From: the human T2T-CHM13v2.0 reference genome, Homo sapiens
Length of the DNA stretch: 64,000 nucleotides
Strand: one strand, 5' to 3'
Assembly: GCF_009914755.1 (NCBI RefSeq)
Contig: NC_060947.1
Shown in pieces: positions 24,301 through 36,851 of this stretch. The translations under genes were made by a program, and so were the position numbers. The stretch's first letter is position 1. Each line of letters starts with the position of its first letter. The notes below the pieces were generated by a model that worked only from the letters and a program-made list of their open reading frames with translations, did not search any database and was not told the origin of the DNA.

Positions 24301-27300
24301 GCCCTCCAAACGTCCACTTGCAGATTCTCGAAAAAGAGTGTTTCATAGCTGCTCTTTCAAAAGGAAAGTTCAACTCTGGAGTTGAATACAAACATCACAA
24401 AATAGTTTCCGAGAATGCTTCAGTTTAGTTTTTATGTGAAGATGATCCCGTTTCCAGTGAAATCTTCAAAGAGGTCCACATATCCCCTTGCAGATTCCAA
24501 AGAAAGAGGGTTTCAAACTGCTCCATCAGAAGGATTGTTCAACTCTGTGAGTTGAATGCAGTCATCGCAGAAAACTTTCTGAGAATGCTTCTGTCTAGGT
24601 TTGATGTGAAGATATAGATGTTTCAAACGAAGGCTACAAAGTGGTCAAAATATACACTTGCAGATTCTACTACAAGGGTGTTGCAAACCTGAACTATCAA
24701 AGGAAGGTTCAACTCTGTGAGTTGAATACAAACATCACAAAGAATGTTCTGAGTTTGCTTCCGTTCAGTTATGGGAAGTTGATCCCGTTTCCAACGAAAT
24801 CCTCAGAGAGGTCCAAATATCCCCTTGCAGATTCTACAAAACGTGTGTTTGGAAACTGCTCCATCATAACGAATGTTCAGCTCCCTGAGTTAAACTCCAT
24901 CGTCACAAAGAATTTTCTGAGAGTGCTACCGTCTGGTTTTTATATGAAGTTCTTTCCTTCACTACCACAGGCCTCAAAGCGGTCCAAATCTCCACTTGCA
25001 GATTCTACAAAAAGAGTGTTTGCAAACTGCTCTATCAAAAGGAATGTTCAACTCTGGGAGTTGAATGCAATCATCACAGAGCAGTTTCTGAGAATGCTTC
25101 TATGTCGTTTTTAGGAGAAGATATTTCCTTTTCCAACACAATCCTCCAAGCCTGCTAAATAGCCACTTGCACATTGTAGAAAAAGTGTGTCAAAGCTGCG
25201 CTATCAAAGGGAAAGTTCAACTCTGTGAGGTGAATGCAAACATCCCAAAGAAGTTTCTGAGAATGCTTCCGTTTAGCTTTTAGGTGAAGATTATCCCGTT
25301 TCCAACGAAACCTTCAAAGAGGTCCAAATATCCCCTTGCGGATCCCACAGAAAGAGTGTTTCGAAACTGCTGTTTCAAAAGGAATCTTCAACTCTGTGAG
25401 TTGAATGCAATCATCACAAAGAAGTTTCTGACAATGCTTCTCTCTCGTCTTTCTGTGAAGATAAAGGAAAAGGCTTTCAGGCCTTTTCCACCACAGGCCT
25501 GAAAGCGCTCCAAATGTCCACTTGCAGATTCTGCCAAAAGAATATTTCAAAACTGCTCTATGAAAAGCAATGTTAAACTCTGTGGCTGGAACACAAACAT
25601 CACAAAGCGGTTTCTGAGAATGTTTCAGTTTAGTTTTTCTATGGAAATATTCCCGTTTCCAAAGAAATCTTCAAAGAGGTCCACGTATCCACTTACAGAT
25701 TCTACAAAAAGACAGTTTCAAAACTGCTCCATCAAAAGGAGGGTTCAACTGTGTGACTTGAATGCAATCATCACTCAGAAGTTTCTGAGAATGCTTCTCT
25801 TTAGTTTTTACGTGAACATATACCCGTTTCGAACGAAGGCCACCCAGTGGTCCAAATATCCACTTGCAGATTATACAGAAAGAGTGTTTCGAACCTGAAC
25901 TCTCAAAGGCAGGTTCATCTCTGCGAGTTAAATGCATTCATCATGAAGAACTTTCTCAGAGTGTTTGTGTTTAGTTATGGGAAATTATTCCCGTTTCCAA
26001 CGAAATCCTCAGAGAGCTCCAAATATCCACCTGCAGATTCTACCAAAAGTGTATTTGGAAACTGCTCCATCAAAAGGCATGTTCAGCTCTGTCAGTGAAA
26101 CTCCATCATCACAAAGAATATTCTGAGAATGCTTCCGTTTGCCTTTTATCTGAAGTTCCTTCCTGTACTACCGTAGGCCTCAAAGCAGTCCAAATCTCCA
26201 TTTGCAGATTCTACAAAAAGAGTGATTCCAATCTGCTCTATCAATAGGATTGTTCAACTCCATGAGTTGAATGCCATCCTCACAAAGTAGTTTCTGAGAA
26301 TGCTTCTATCTGGTTTTTGTGTGAAGATATTTCCTTTTCCACCACAGGCCTCAAAGCCCTCCAAACGTCCACTTGCAGATTCTAGAAAAAGAGTGTTTCA
26401 TAGCTGCTCTTTCAAAAGGAAAGTTCAACTCTGGGAGTTGAATACAAACATCACAAAATAGTTTCCGAGAATGCTTCTGTTTAGTTTTTATGTGAAGATG
26501 ATCCCGTTTCCAGTGAAATCTTCAAAGAGGTCCACATATCCCCTTGCAGATTCCAAAGAAAGAGGGTTTCAAAACTGCTCCATCAGAAGGATTGTTCAAC
26601 TCTGTGAGTTGAATGCAGTCATCGCAGAAAACTTTCTGAGAATGCTTCTGTCTAGGTTTGATGTGAAGATATAGACGTTTCAAACGAAGGCTACAAAGTG
26701 GTCAAAATATACACTTGCAGATTCTACTACAAGGGTGTTGCAAACCTGAACTATCAAAGGAAGGTTCAACTCTGTGAGTTGAATACAAACATCACAAAGA
26801 ATGTTCTGAGTTTGCTTCCGTTCAGTTATGGGAAGTTGATCCCGTTTCCAACGAAATCCTCAGAGAGGTCCAAATATCCCCTCGCAGATTCTACAAAACG
26901 TGTGTTTGGAAACTGCTCCATCATAAGGAATGTTCAGCTCCCTGAGTTAAACTCCATCGTCACAAAGAATTTTCTGAGAGTGCTACCGTCTGGTTTTTAT
27001 ATGAAGTTCTTTCCTTCACTACCACAGGCCTCAAAGCGGTCCAAATCTCCACTTGCAGATTCTACAAAAAGAGTGTTTGCAAACTGCTCTATCAAAAGGA
27101 ATGTTCAACTCTGGGAGTTGAATGCAATCATCACAGAGCAGTTTCTGAGAATGCTTCTATGTCGTTTTTAGGAGAAGATATTTCCTTTTCCAACACAGTC
27201 CTCCAAGCCCGCTAAATAGCCACTTGCACATTGTAGAAAAAGTGTGTCAAAGCTGCGCTATCAAAGGGAAAGTTCAACTCTGTGAGGTGAATGCAAACAT

Positions 27301-30300
27301 CCCAAAGAAGTTTCTGAGAATGCTTCCGTTTAGCTTTTAGGTGAAGATTATCCCGTTTCCAACGAAACCTTCAAAGAGGTCCAAATATCCCCTTGCGGAT
27401 CCCACAGAAAGAGTGTTTCGAAACTGCTGTTTCAAAAGGAATCTTCAACTCTGTGAGTTGAATGCAATCATCACAAAGAAGTTTCTGACAATGCTTCTCT
27501 CTCGTCTTTCTGTGAAGATAAAGGAAAAGGCTTTCAGGCCTTTTCCACCACAGGCCTGAAAGCGCTCCAAATGTCCACTTGCAGATTCTGCCAAAAGAAT
27601 ATTTCAAAACTGCTCTATGAAAAGCAATGTTAAACTCTGCGGCTCGAACACAAACATCACAAAGCGGTTTCTGAGAATGCTTCAGTTTAGTTTTTCTGTG
27701 GAAATATTCCCGTTTCCAAAGAAATCTTCAAAGAGGTCCACGTATCCACTTACAGATTCTACAAAAAGACAGTTTCAAAACTGCTCCATCAAAAGGAGGG
27801 TTCAACTGTGTGACTTGAATGCAATCATCACTCAGAAGTTTCTGAGAATGCTTCTCTTTAGTTTTTACGTGAACATATACCCGTTTCGAACGAAGGCCAC
27901 CCAGTGGTCCAAATATCCACTTGCAGATTCTACAGAAAGAGTGTTTCGAACCTGAACTCTCAAAGGCAGGTTCATCTCTGCGAGTTAAATGCATTCATCA
28001 TGAAGAACTTTCTCAGCGTGTTTGTGTTTAGTTATGGGAAATTATTCCCGTTTCCAACGAAATCCTCAAAGAGCTCCAAATATCCACCTGCAGATTCTAC
28101 CAAAAGTGTATTTGGAAACTGCTCCATCAAAAGGCATGTTCAGCTCTGTGAGTGAAACTCCATCATCACAAAGAATATTCTGAGAATGCTTCCGTTTGCC
28201 TTTTATATGAAGTTCCTTCCTATACGACCGTAGGCCTCAAAGCAGTCCAAATCTCCATTTGCAGATTCTACAAAAAGAGTGATTCCAATCTGCTCTATCA
28301 ATAGGATTGTTCAACTCCATGAGTTGAATGCCATCCTCACAAAGTAGTTTCTGAGAATGCTTCTATCTAGTTTTTATGTGAAGATATTTCCTTTTCCACC
28401 ACAGGCCTCAAAGCCCTCCAAACGTCCACTTGCAGATTCTCGAAAAGGAGTGTTTCATAGCTGCTCTTTCAAAAGGAAAGTTCAACTCTGGGAGTTGAAT
28501 ACAAACATCACAAAGTAGTTTCCGAGAATGCTTCTGTTTAGTTTTTATGTGAAGATGATCCCGTTTCCAGTGAAATCTTCAAAGAGGTCCACATATCCCC
28601 TTGCAGATTCCAAAGAAAGAGGGTTTCAAAACTGCTCCATCAGAAGGATTGTTCAACTGTGTGAGTTGAATGCAGTCATCGCAGAAAACTTTCTGAGAAT
28701 GCTTCTGTCTAGGTTTGATGTGAAGATATAGACGTTTCAAACGAAGGCTACAAAGTGGTCAAAATATACACTTGCAGATTCTACTACAAGGGTGTTGCAA
28801 ACCTGAACTATCAAAGGAAGGTTCAACTCTGTGAGTTGAATACAAACATCACAAAGAATGTTCTGAGTTTGCTTCCGTTCAGTTATGGGAAGTTGATCCC
28901 GTTTCCAACGAAATCCTCAGAGAGGTCCAAATATCCCCTCGCAGATTCTACAAAACGTGTGTTTGGAAACTGCTCCATCATAACGAATGTTCAGCTCCCT
29001 GAGTTAAACTCCATCGTCACAAAGAATTTTCTGAGAGTGCTACCGTCTGGTTTTTATATGAAGTTCTTTCCTTCACTACCACAGGCCTCAAAGCGGTCCA
29101 AATCTCCACTTGCAGATTCTACAAAAAGAGTGTTTGCAAACTGCTCTATCAAAAGGAATGTTCAACTCTGGGAGTTGAATGCAATCATCACAGAGCAGTT
29201 TCTGAGAATGCTTCTATGTCGTTTTTAGGAGAAGATATTTCCTTTTCCAACACAGTCCTCCAAGCCCGCTAAATAGCCACTTGCACATTGTAGAAAAAGT
29301 GTGTCAAAGCTGCGCTATCAAAGGGAAAGTTCAACTCTGTGAGGTGAATGCAAACATCCCAAAGAAGTTTCTGAGAATGCTTCCGTTTAGCTTTTAGGTG
29401 AAGATTATCCCGTTTCCAACGAAACCTTCAAAGAGGTCCAAATATCCCCTTGCGGATCCCACAGAAAGAGTGTTTCGAAACTGCTGTTTCAAAAGGAATC
29501 TTCAACTCTGTGAGTTGAATGCAATCATCACAAAGAAGTTTCTGACAATGCTTCTCTCTCGTCTTTCTGTGAAGATAAAGGAAAAGGCTTTCAGGCCTTT
29601 TCCACCACAGGCCTGAAAGCGCTCCAAATGTCCACTTGCAGATTCTGCGAAAAGAATATTTCAAAACTGCTCTATGAAAAGCAATGTTAAACTCTGTGGC
29701 TCGAACACAAACATCACAAAGCGGTTTCTGAGAATGCTTCAGTTTAGTTTTTCTGTGGAAATATTCCCGTTTCCAAAGAAATCTTCAAAGAGGTCCACGT
29801 ATCCACTTACAGATTCTACAAAAAGACAGTTTCAAAACTGCTCCATCAAAAGGAGGGTTCAACCGTGTGACTTGAATGCAATCATCACTCAGAAGTTTCT
29901 GAGAATGCTTCTCTTTAGTTTTTACGTGAACATATACCCGTTTCGAACGAAGGTCAGCCAGTGGTCCAAATATCCACTTGCAGATTCTACAGAAAGAGTG
30001 TTTCGAACCTGAACTCTCAAAGGCAGGTTCATCTCTGCGAGTTAAATGCATTCATCATGAAGAACTTTCTCAGAGTGTTTGTGTTTAGTTATGGGAAATT
30101 ATTCCCGTTTCCAACGAAATCCTCAGAGAGCTCCAAATATCCACCTGCAGATTCTACCAAAAGTGTATTTGGAAACTGCTCCATCAAAAGGCATGTTCAG
30201 CTCTGTGAGTGAAACTCCATCATCACAAAGAATATTCTGAGAATGCTTCCGTTTGCCTTTTATATGAAGTTCCTTCCTGTACTACCGTAGGCCTCAAAGC

Positions 30301-33300
30301 AGTCCAAATCTCCATTTGCAGATTCTATAAAAAGAGTGATTCCAATCTGCTCTATCAATAGGATTGTTCAACTCCATGATTTGAATGCCATCCTCACAAA
30401 GCAGTTTCTGAGAATGCTTCTATCTGGTTTTTGTGTGAAGATATTTCCTTTTCCACCACAGGCCTCAAAGCCCTCCAAACGTCCACTTGCAGATTCTCGA
30501 AAAAGAGTGTTTCATAGCTGCTCTTTCAAAAGGAAAGTTCAACTCTGGGAGTTGAATGCAAACATCACAAAGTAGTTTCCGAGAATGCTTCTGTTTAGTT
30601 TTTATGTGAAGATGATCCCGTTTCCAGTGAAATCTTCAAAGAGGTCCACATATCCCCTTGCAGATTCCAAAGAAAGAGGGTTTCAAAACTGCTCCATCAG
30701 AAGGATTGTTCAACTGTGTGAGTTGAATGCAGTCATCGCAGAAAACTTTCTGAGAATGCTTCTGTCTAGGTTTGATGTGAAGATATAGACGTTTCAAACG
30801 AAGGCTACAAAGTGGTCAAAATATACACTTGCAGATTCTACTACAAGGGTGTTGCAAACCTGAACTATCAAAGGAAGGTTCAACTCTGTGAGTTGAATAC
30901 AAACATCACAAAGAATGTTCTGAGTTTGCTTCCGTTCAGTTATGGGAAGTTGATCCCGTTTCCAACGAAATCCTCAGAGAGGTCCAAATATCCCCTTGCA
31001 GATTCTACAAAACGTGTGTTTGGAAACTGCTCCATCATAACGAATGTTCAGCTCCCTGAGTTAAACTCCATCGTCACAAAGAATTTTCTGAGAGTGCTAC
31101 CGTCTGGTTTTTATATGAAGTTCTTTCCTTCACTACCACAGGCCTCAAAGCGGTCCAAATCTCCACTTGCAGATTCTACAAAAAGAGTGTTTGCAAACTG
31201 CTCTATCAAAAGGAATGTTCAACTCTGGGAGTTGAATGCAATCATCACAGAGCAGTTTCTGAGAATGCTTCTATGTCGTTTTTAGGAGAAGATATTTCCT
31301 TTTCCAACACAGTCCTCCAAGCCCGCTAAATAGCCACTTGCACATTGTAGAAAAAGTGTGTCAAAGCTGCGCTATCAAAGGGAAAGTTCAACTCTGTGAG
31401 GTGAATGCAAACATCCCAAAGAAGTTTCTGAGAATGCTTCCGTTTAGCTTTTAGGTGAAGATTATCCCGTTTCCAACGAAACCTTCAAAGAGGTCCAAAT
31501 ATCCCCTTGCGGATCCCACAGAAAGAGTGTTTCGAAACTGCTGTTTCAAAAGGAATCTTCAACTCTGTGAGTTGAATGCAATCATCACAAAGAAGTTTCT
31601 GACAATGCTTCTCTCTCGTCTTTCTGTGAAGATAAAGGAAAAGGCTTTCAGGCCTTTTCCACCACAGGCCTGAAAGCGCTCCAAATGTCCACTTGCAGAT
31701 TCTGCGAAAAGAATATTTCAAAACTGCTCTATGAAAAGCAATGTTAAACTCTGTGGCTCGAACACAAACATCACAAAGCGGTTTCTGAGAATGCTTCAGT
31801 TTAGTTTTTCTGTGGAAATATTCCCGTTTCCAAAGAAATCTTCAAAGAGGTCCACGTATCCACTTACAGATTCTACAAAAAGACAGTTTCAAAACTGCTC
31901 CATCAAAAGGAGGGTTCAACCGTGTGACTTGAATGCAATCATCACTCAGAAGTTTCTGAGAATGCTTCTCTTTAGTTTTTACGTGAACATATACCCGTTT
32001 CGAACGAAGGCCACCCAGTGGTCCAAATATCCACTTGCAGATTCTACAGAAAGAGTGTTTCGAACCTGAACTCTCAAAGGCAGGTTCATCTCTGCGAGTT
32101 AAATGCATTCATCATGAAGAACTTTCTCAGAGTGTTTGTGTTTAGTTATGGGAAATTATTCCCGTTTCCAACGAAATCCTCAGAGAGCTCCAAATATCCA
32201 CCTGCAGATTCTACCAAAAGTGTATTTGGAAACTGCTCCATCAAAAGGCATGTTCAGCTCTGTGAGTGAAACTCCATCATCACAAAGAATATTCTGAGAA
32301 TGCTTCCGTTTGCCTTTTATATGAAGTTCCTTCCTGTACTACCGTAGGCCTCAAAGCAGTCCAAATCTCCATTTGCAGATTCTATAAAAAGAGTGATTCC
32401 AATCTGCTCTATCAATAGGATTGTTCAACTCCATGATTTGAATGCCATCCTCACAAAGCAGTTTCTGAGAATGCTTCTATCTGGTTTTTGTGTGAAGATA
32501 TTTCCTTTTCCACCACAGGCCTCAAAGCCCTCCAAACGTCCACTTGCAGATTCTCGAAAAAGAGTGTTTCATAGCTGCTCTTTCAAAAGGAAAGTTCAAC
32601 TCTGGGAGTTGAATGCAAACATCACAAAGTAGTTTCCGAGAATGCTTCTGTTTAGTTTTTATGTGAAGATGATCCCGTTTCCAGTGAAATCTTCAAAGAG
32701 GTCCACATATCCCCTTGCAGATTCCAAAGAAAGAGGGTTTCAAAACTGCTCCATCAGAAGGATTGTTCAACTCTGTGAGTTGAATGCAGTCATCGCAGAA
32801 AACTTTCTGAGAATGCTTCTGTCTAGGTTTGATGTGAAGATATAGACGTTTCAAACGAAGGCTACAAAGTGGTCAAAATATACACTTGCAGATTCTACTA
32901 CAAGGGTGTTGCAAACCTGAACTATCAAAGGAAGGTTCAACTCTGTGAGTTGAATACAAACATCACAAAGAATGTTCTGAGTTTGCTTCCGTTCAGTTAT
33001 GGGAAGTTGATCCCGTTTCCAACGAAATCCTCAGAGAGGTCCAAATATCCCCTCGCAGATTCTACAAAACGTGTGTTTGGAAACTGCTCCATCATAACGA
33101 ATGTTCAGCTCCCTGAGTTAAACTCCATCGTCACAAAGAATTTTCTGAGAGTGCTACCGTCTGGTTTTTATATGAAGTTCTTTCCTTCACTACCACAGGC
33201 CTCAAAGCGGTCCAAATCTCCACTTGCAGATTCTACAAAAAGAGTGTTTGCAAACTGCTCTATCAAAAGGAATGTTCAACTCTGGGAGTTGAATGCAATC

Positions 33301-36300
33301 ATCACAGAGCAGTTTCTGAGAATGCTTCTATGTCGTTTTTAGGAGAAGATATTTCCTTTTCCAACACAGTCCTCCAAGCCCGCTAAATAGCCACTTGCAC
33401 ATTGTAGAAAAAGTGTGTCAAAGCTGCGCTATCAAAGGGAAAGTTCAACTCTGTGAGGTGAATGCAAACATCCCAAAGAAGTTTCTGAGAATGCTTCCGT
33501 TTAGCTTTTAGGTGAAGATTATCCCGTTTCCAACGAAACCTTCAAAGAGGTCCAAATATCCCCTTGCGGATCCCACAGAAAGAGTGTTTCGAAACTGCTG
33601 TTTCAAAAGGAATCTTCAACTCTGTGAGTTGAATGCAATCATCACAAAGAAGTTTCTGACAATGCTTCTCTCTCGTCTTTCTGTGAAGATAAAGGAAAAG
33701 GCTTTCAGGCCTTTTCCACCACAGGCCTGAAAGCGCTCCAAATGTCCACTTGCAGATTCTGCGAAAAGAATATTTCAAAACTGCTCTATGAAAAGCAATG
33801 TTAAACTCTGTGGCTCGAACACAAACATCACAAAGCGGTTTCTGAGAATGCTTCAGTTTAGTTTTTCTGTGGAAATATTCCCGTTTCCAAAGAAATCTTC
33901 AAAGAGGTCCACGTATCCACTTACAGATTCTACAAAAAGACAGTTTCAAAACTGCTCCATCAAAAGGAGGGTTCAACCGTGTGACTTGAATGCAATCATC
34001 ACTCAGAAGTTTCTGAGAATGCTTCTCTTTAGTTTTTACGTGAACATATACCCGTTTCGAACGAAGGCCACCCAGTGGTCCAAATATCCACTTGCAGATT
34101 CTACAGAAAGAGTGTTTCGAACCTGAACTCTCAAAGGCAGGTTCATCTCTGCGAGTTAAATGCATTCATCATGAAGAACTTTCTCAGAGTGTTTGTGTTT
34201 AGTTATGGGAAATTATTCCCGTTTCCAACGAAATCCTCAGAGAGCTCCAAATATCCACCTGCAGATTCTACCAAAAGTGTATTTGGAAACTGCTCCATCA
34301 AAAGGCATGTTCAGCTCTGTGAGTGAAACTCCATCATCACAAAGAATATTCTGAGAATGCTTCCGTTTGCCTTTTATATGAAGTTCCTTCCTGTACTACC
34401 GTAGGCCTCAAAGCAGTCCAAATCTCCATTTGCAGATTCTACAAAAAGAGTGATTCCAATCTGCTCTATCAATAGGATTGTTCAACTCCATGAGTTGAAT
34501 GCCATCCTCACAAAGTAGTTTCTGAGAATGCTTCTATCTGGTTTTTGTGTGAAGATATTTCCTTTTCCACCACAGGCCTCAAAGCCCTCCAAACGTCCAC
34601 TTGCAGATTCTCGAAAAAGAGTGTTTCATAGCTGCTCTTTCAAAAGGAAAGTTCAACTCTGGGAGTTGAATACAAACATCACAAAATAGTTTCCGAGAAT
34701 GCTTCTGTTTAGTTTTTATGTGAAGATGATCCCGTTTCCAGTGAAATCTTCAAAGAGGTCCACATATCCCCTTGCAGATTCCAAAGAAAGAGGGTTTCAA
34801 AACTGCTCCATCAGAAGGATTGTTCAACTCTGTGAGTTGAATGCAGTCATCGCAGAAAACTTTCTGAGAATGCTTCTGTCTAGGTTTGATGTGAAGATAT
34901 AGACGTTTCAAACGAAGGCTACAAAGTGGTCAAAATATACACTTGCAGATTCTACTACAAGGGTGTTGCAAACCTGAACTATCAAAGGAAGGTTCAACTC
35001 TGTGAGTTGAATACAAACATCACAAAGAATGTTCTGAGTTTGCTTCCGTTCAGTTATGGGAAGTTGATCCCGTTTCCAACGAAATCCTCAGAGAGGTCCA
35101 AATATCCCCTCGCAGATTCTACAAAACATGTGTTTGGAAACTGCTCCATCATAACGAATGTTCAGCTCCCTGAGTTAAACTCCATCGTCACAAAGAATTT
35201 TCTGAGAGTGCTACCGTCTGGTTTTTATATGAAGTTCTTTCCTTCACTACCACAGGCCTCAAAGCGGTCCAAATCTCCACTTGCAGATTCTACAAAAAGA
35301 GTGTTTGCAAACTGCTCTATCAAAAGGAATGTTCAACTCTGGGAGTTGAATGCAATCATCACAGAGCAGTTTCTGAGAATGCTTCTATGTCGTTTTTAGG
35401 AGAAGATATTTCCTTTTCCAACACAGTCCTCCAAGCCCGCTAAATAGCCACTTGCACATTGTAGAAAAAGTGTGTCAAAGCTGCGCTATCAAAGGGAAAG
35501 TTCAACTCTGTGAGGTGAATGCAAACATCCCAAAGAAGTTTCTGAGAATGCTTCCGTTTAGCTTTTAGGTGAAGATTATCCCGTTTCCAACGAAACCTTC
35601 AAAGAGGTCCAAATATCCCCTTGCGGATCCCACAGAAAGAGTGTTTCGAAACTGCTGTTTCAAAAGGAATCTTCAACTCTGTGAGTTGAATGCAATCATC
35701 ACAAAGAAGTTTCTGACAATGCTTCTCTCTCGTCTTTCTGTGAAGATAAAGGAAAAGGCTTTCAGGCCTTTTCCACCACAGGCCTGAAAGCGCTCCAAAT
35801 GTCCACTTGCAGATTCTGCCAAAAGAATATTTCAAAACTGCTCTATGAAAAGCAATGTTAAACTCTGCGGCTCGAACACAAACATCACAAAGCGGTTTCT
35901 GAGAATGCTTCAGTTTAGTTTTTCTGTGGAAATATTCCCGTTTCCAAAGAAATCTTCAAAGAGGTCCACGTATCCACTTACAGATTCTACAAAAAGACAG
36001 TTTCAAAACTGCTCCATCAAAAGGAGGGTTCAACCGTGTGACTTGAATGCAATCATCACTCAGAAGTTTCTGAGAATGCTTCTCTTTAGTTTTTACGTGA
36101 ACATATACCCGTTTCGAACGAAGGCCACCCAGTGGTCCAAATATCCACTTGCAGATTATACAGAAAGAGTGTTTCGAACCTGAACTCTCAAAGGCAGGTT
36201 CATCTCTGCGAGTTAAATGCATTCATCATGAAGAACTTTCTCAGAGTGTTTGTGTTTAGTTATGGGAAATTATTCCCGTTTCCAACGAAATCCTCAGAGA

Positions 36301-36851
36301 GCTCCAAATATCCACCTGCAGATTCTACCAAAAGTGTATTTGGAAACTGCTCCATCAAAAGGCATGTTCAGCTCTGTGAGTGAAACTCCATCATCACAAA
36401 GAATATTCTGAGAATGCTTCCGTTTGCCTTTTATATGAACTTCCTTCCTGTACTACCGTAGGCCTCAAAGCAGTCCAAATCTCCATTTGCAGATTCTATA
36501 AAAAGAGTGATTCCAATCTGCTCTATCAATAGGATTGTTCAACTCCATGAGTTGAATGCCATCCTCACAAAGTAGTTTCTGAGAATGCTTCTATCTGGTT
36601 TTTGTGTGAAGATATTTCCTTTTCCACCACAGGCCTCAAAGCCCTCCAAACGTCCACTTGCAGATTCTCGAAAAAGAGTGTTTCATAGCTGCTCTTTCCA
36701 AAGGAAAGTTCAACTCTGGGAGTTGAATACAAACATCACAAAGTAGTTTCCGAGAATGCTTCTGTTTAGTTTTTATGTGAAGATGATCCCGTTTCCAGTG
36801 AAATCTTCAAAGAGGTCCACATATCCCCTTGCAGATTCCAAAGAAAGAGGG

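Noticed and set aside
30336-30575. Extra ORFs (MIPICSINR...) appearing only at 20053, 30336, 32393 and 58960
   Set aside because: They arise from single SNVs removing a TAG (TAG>TCG or CAG). They are useful as lineage markers, not as evidence of coding.
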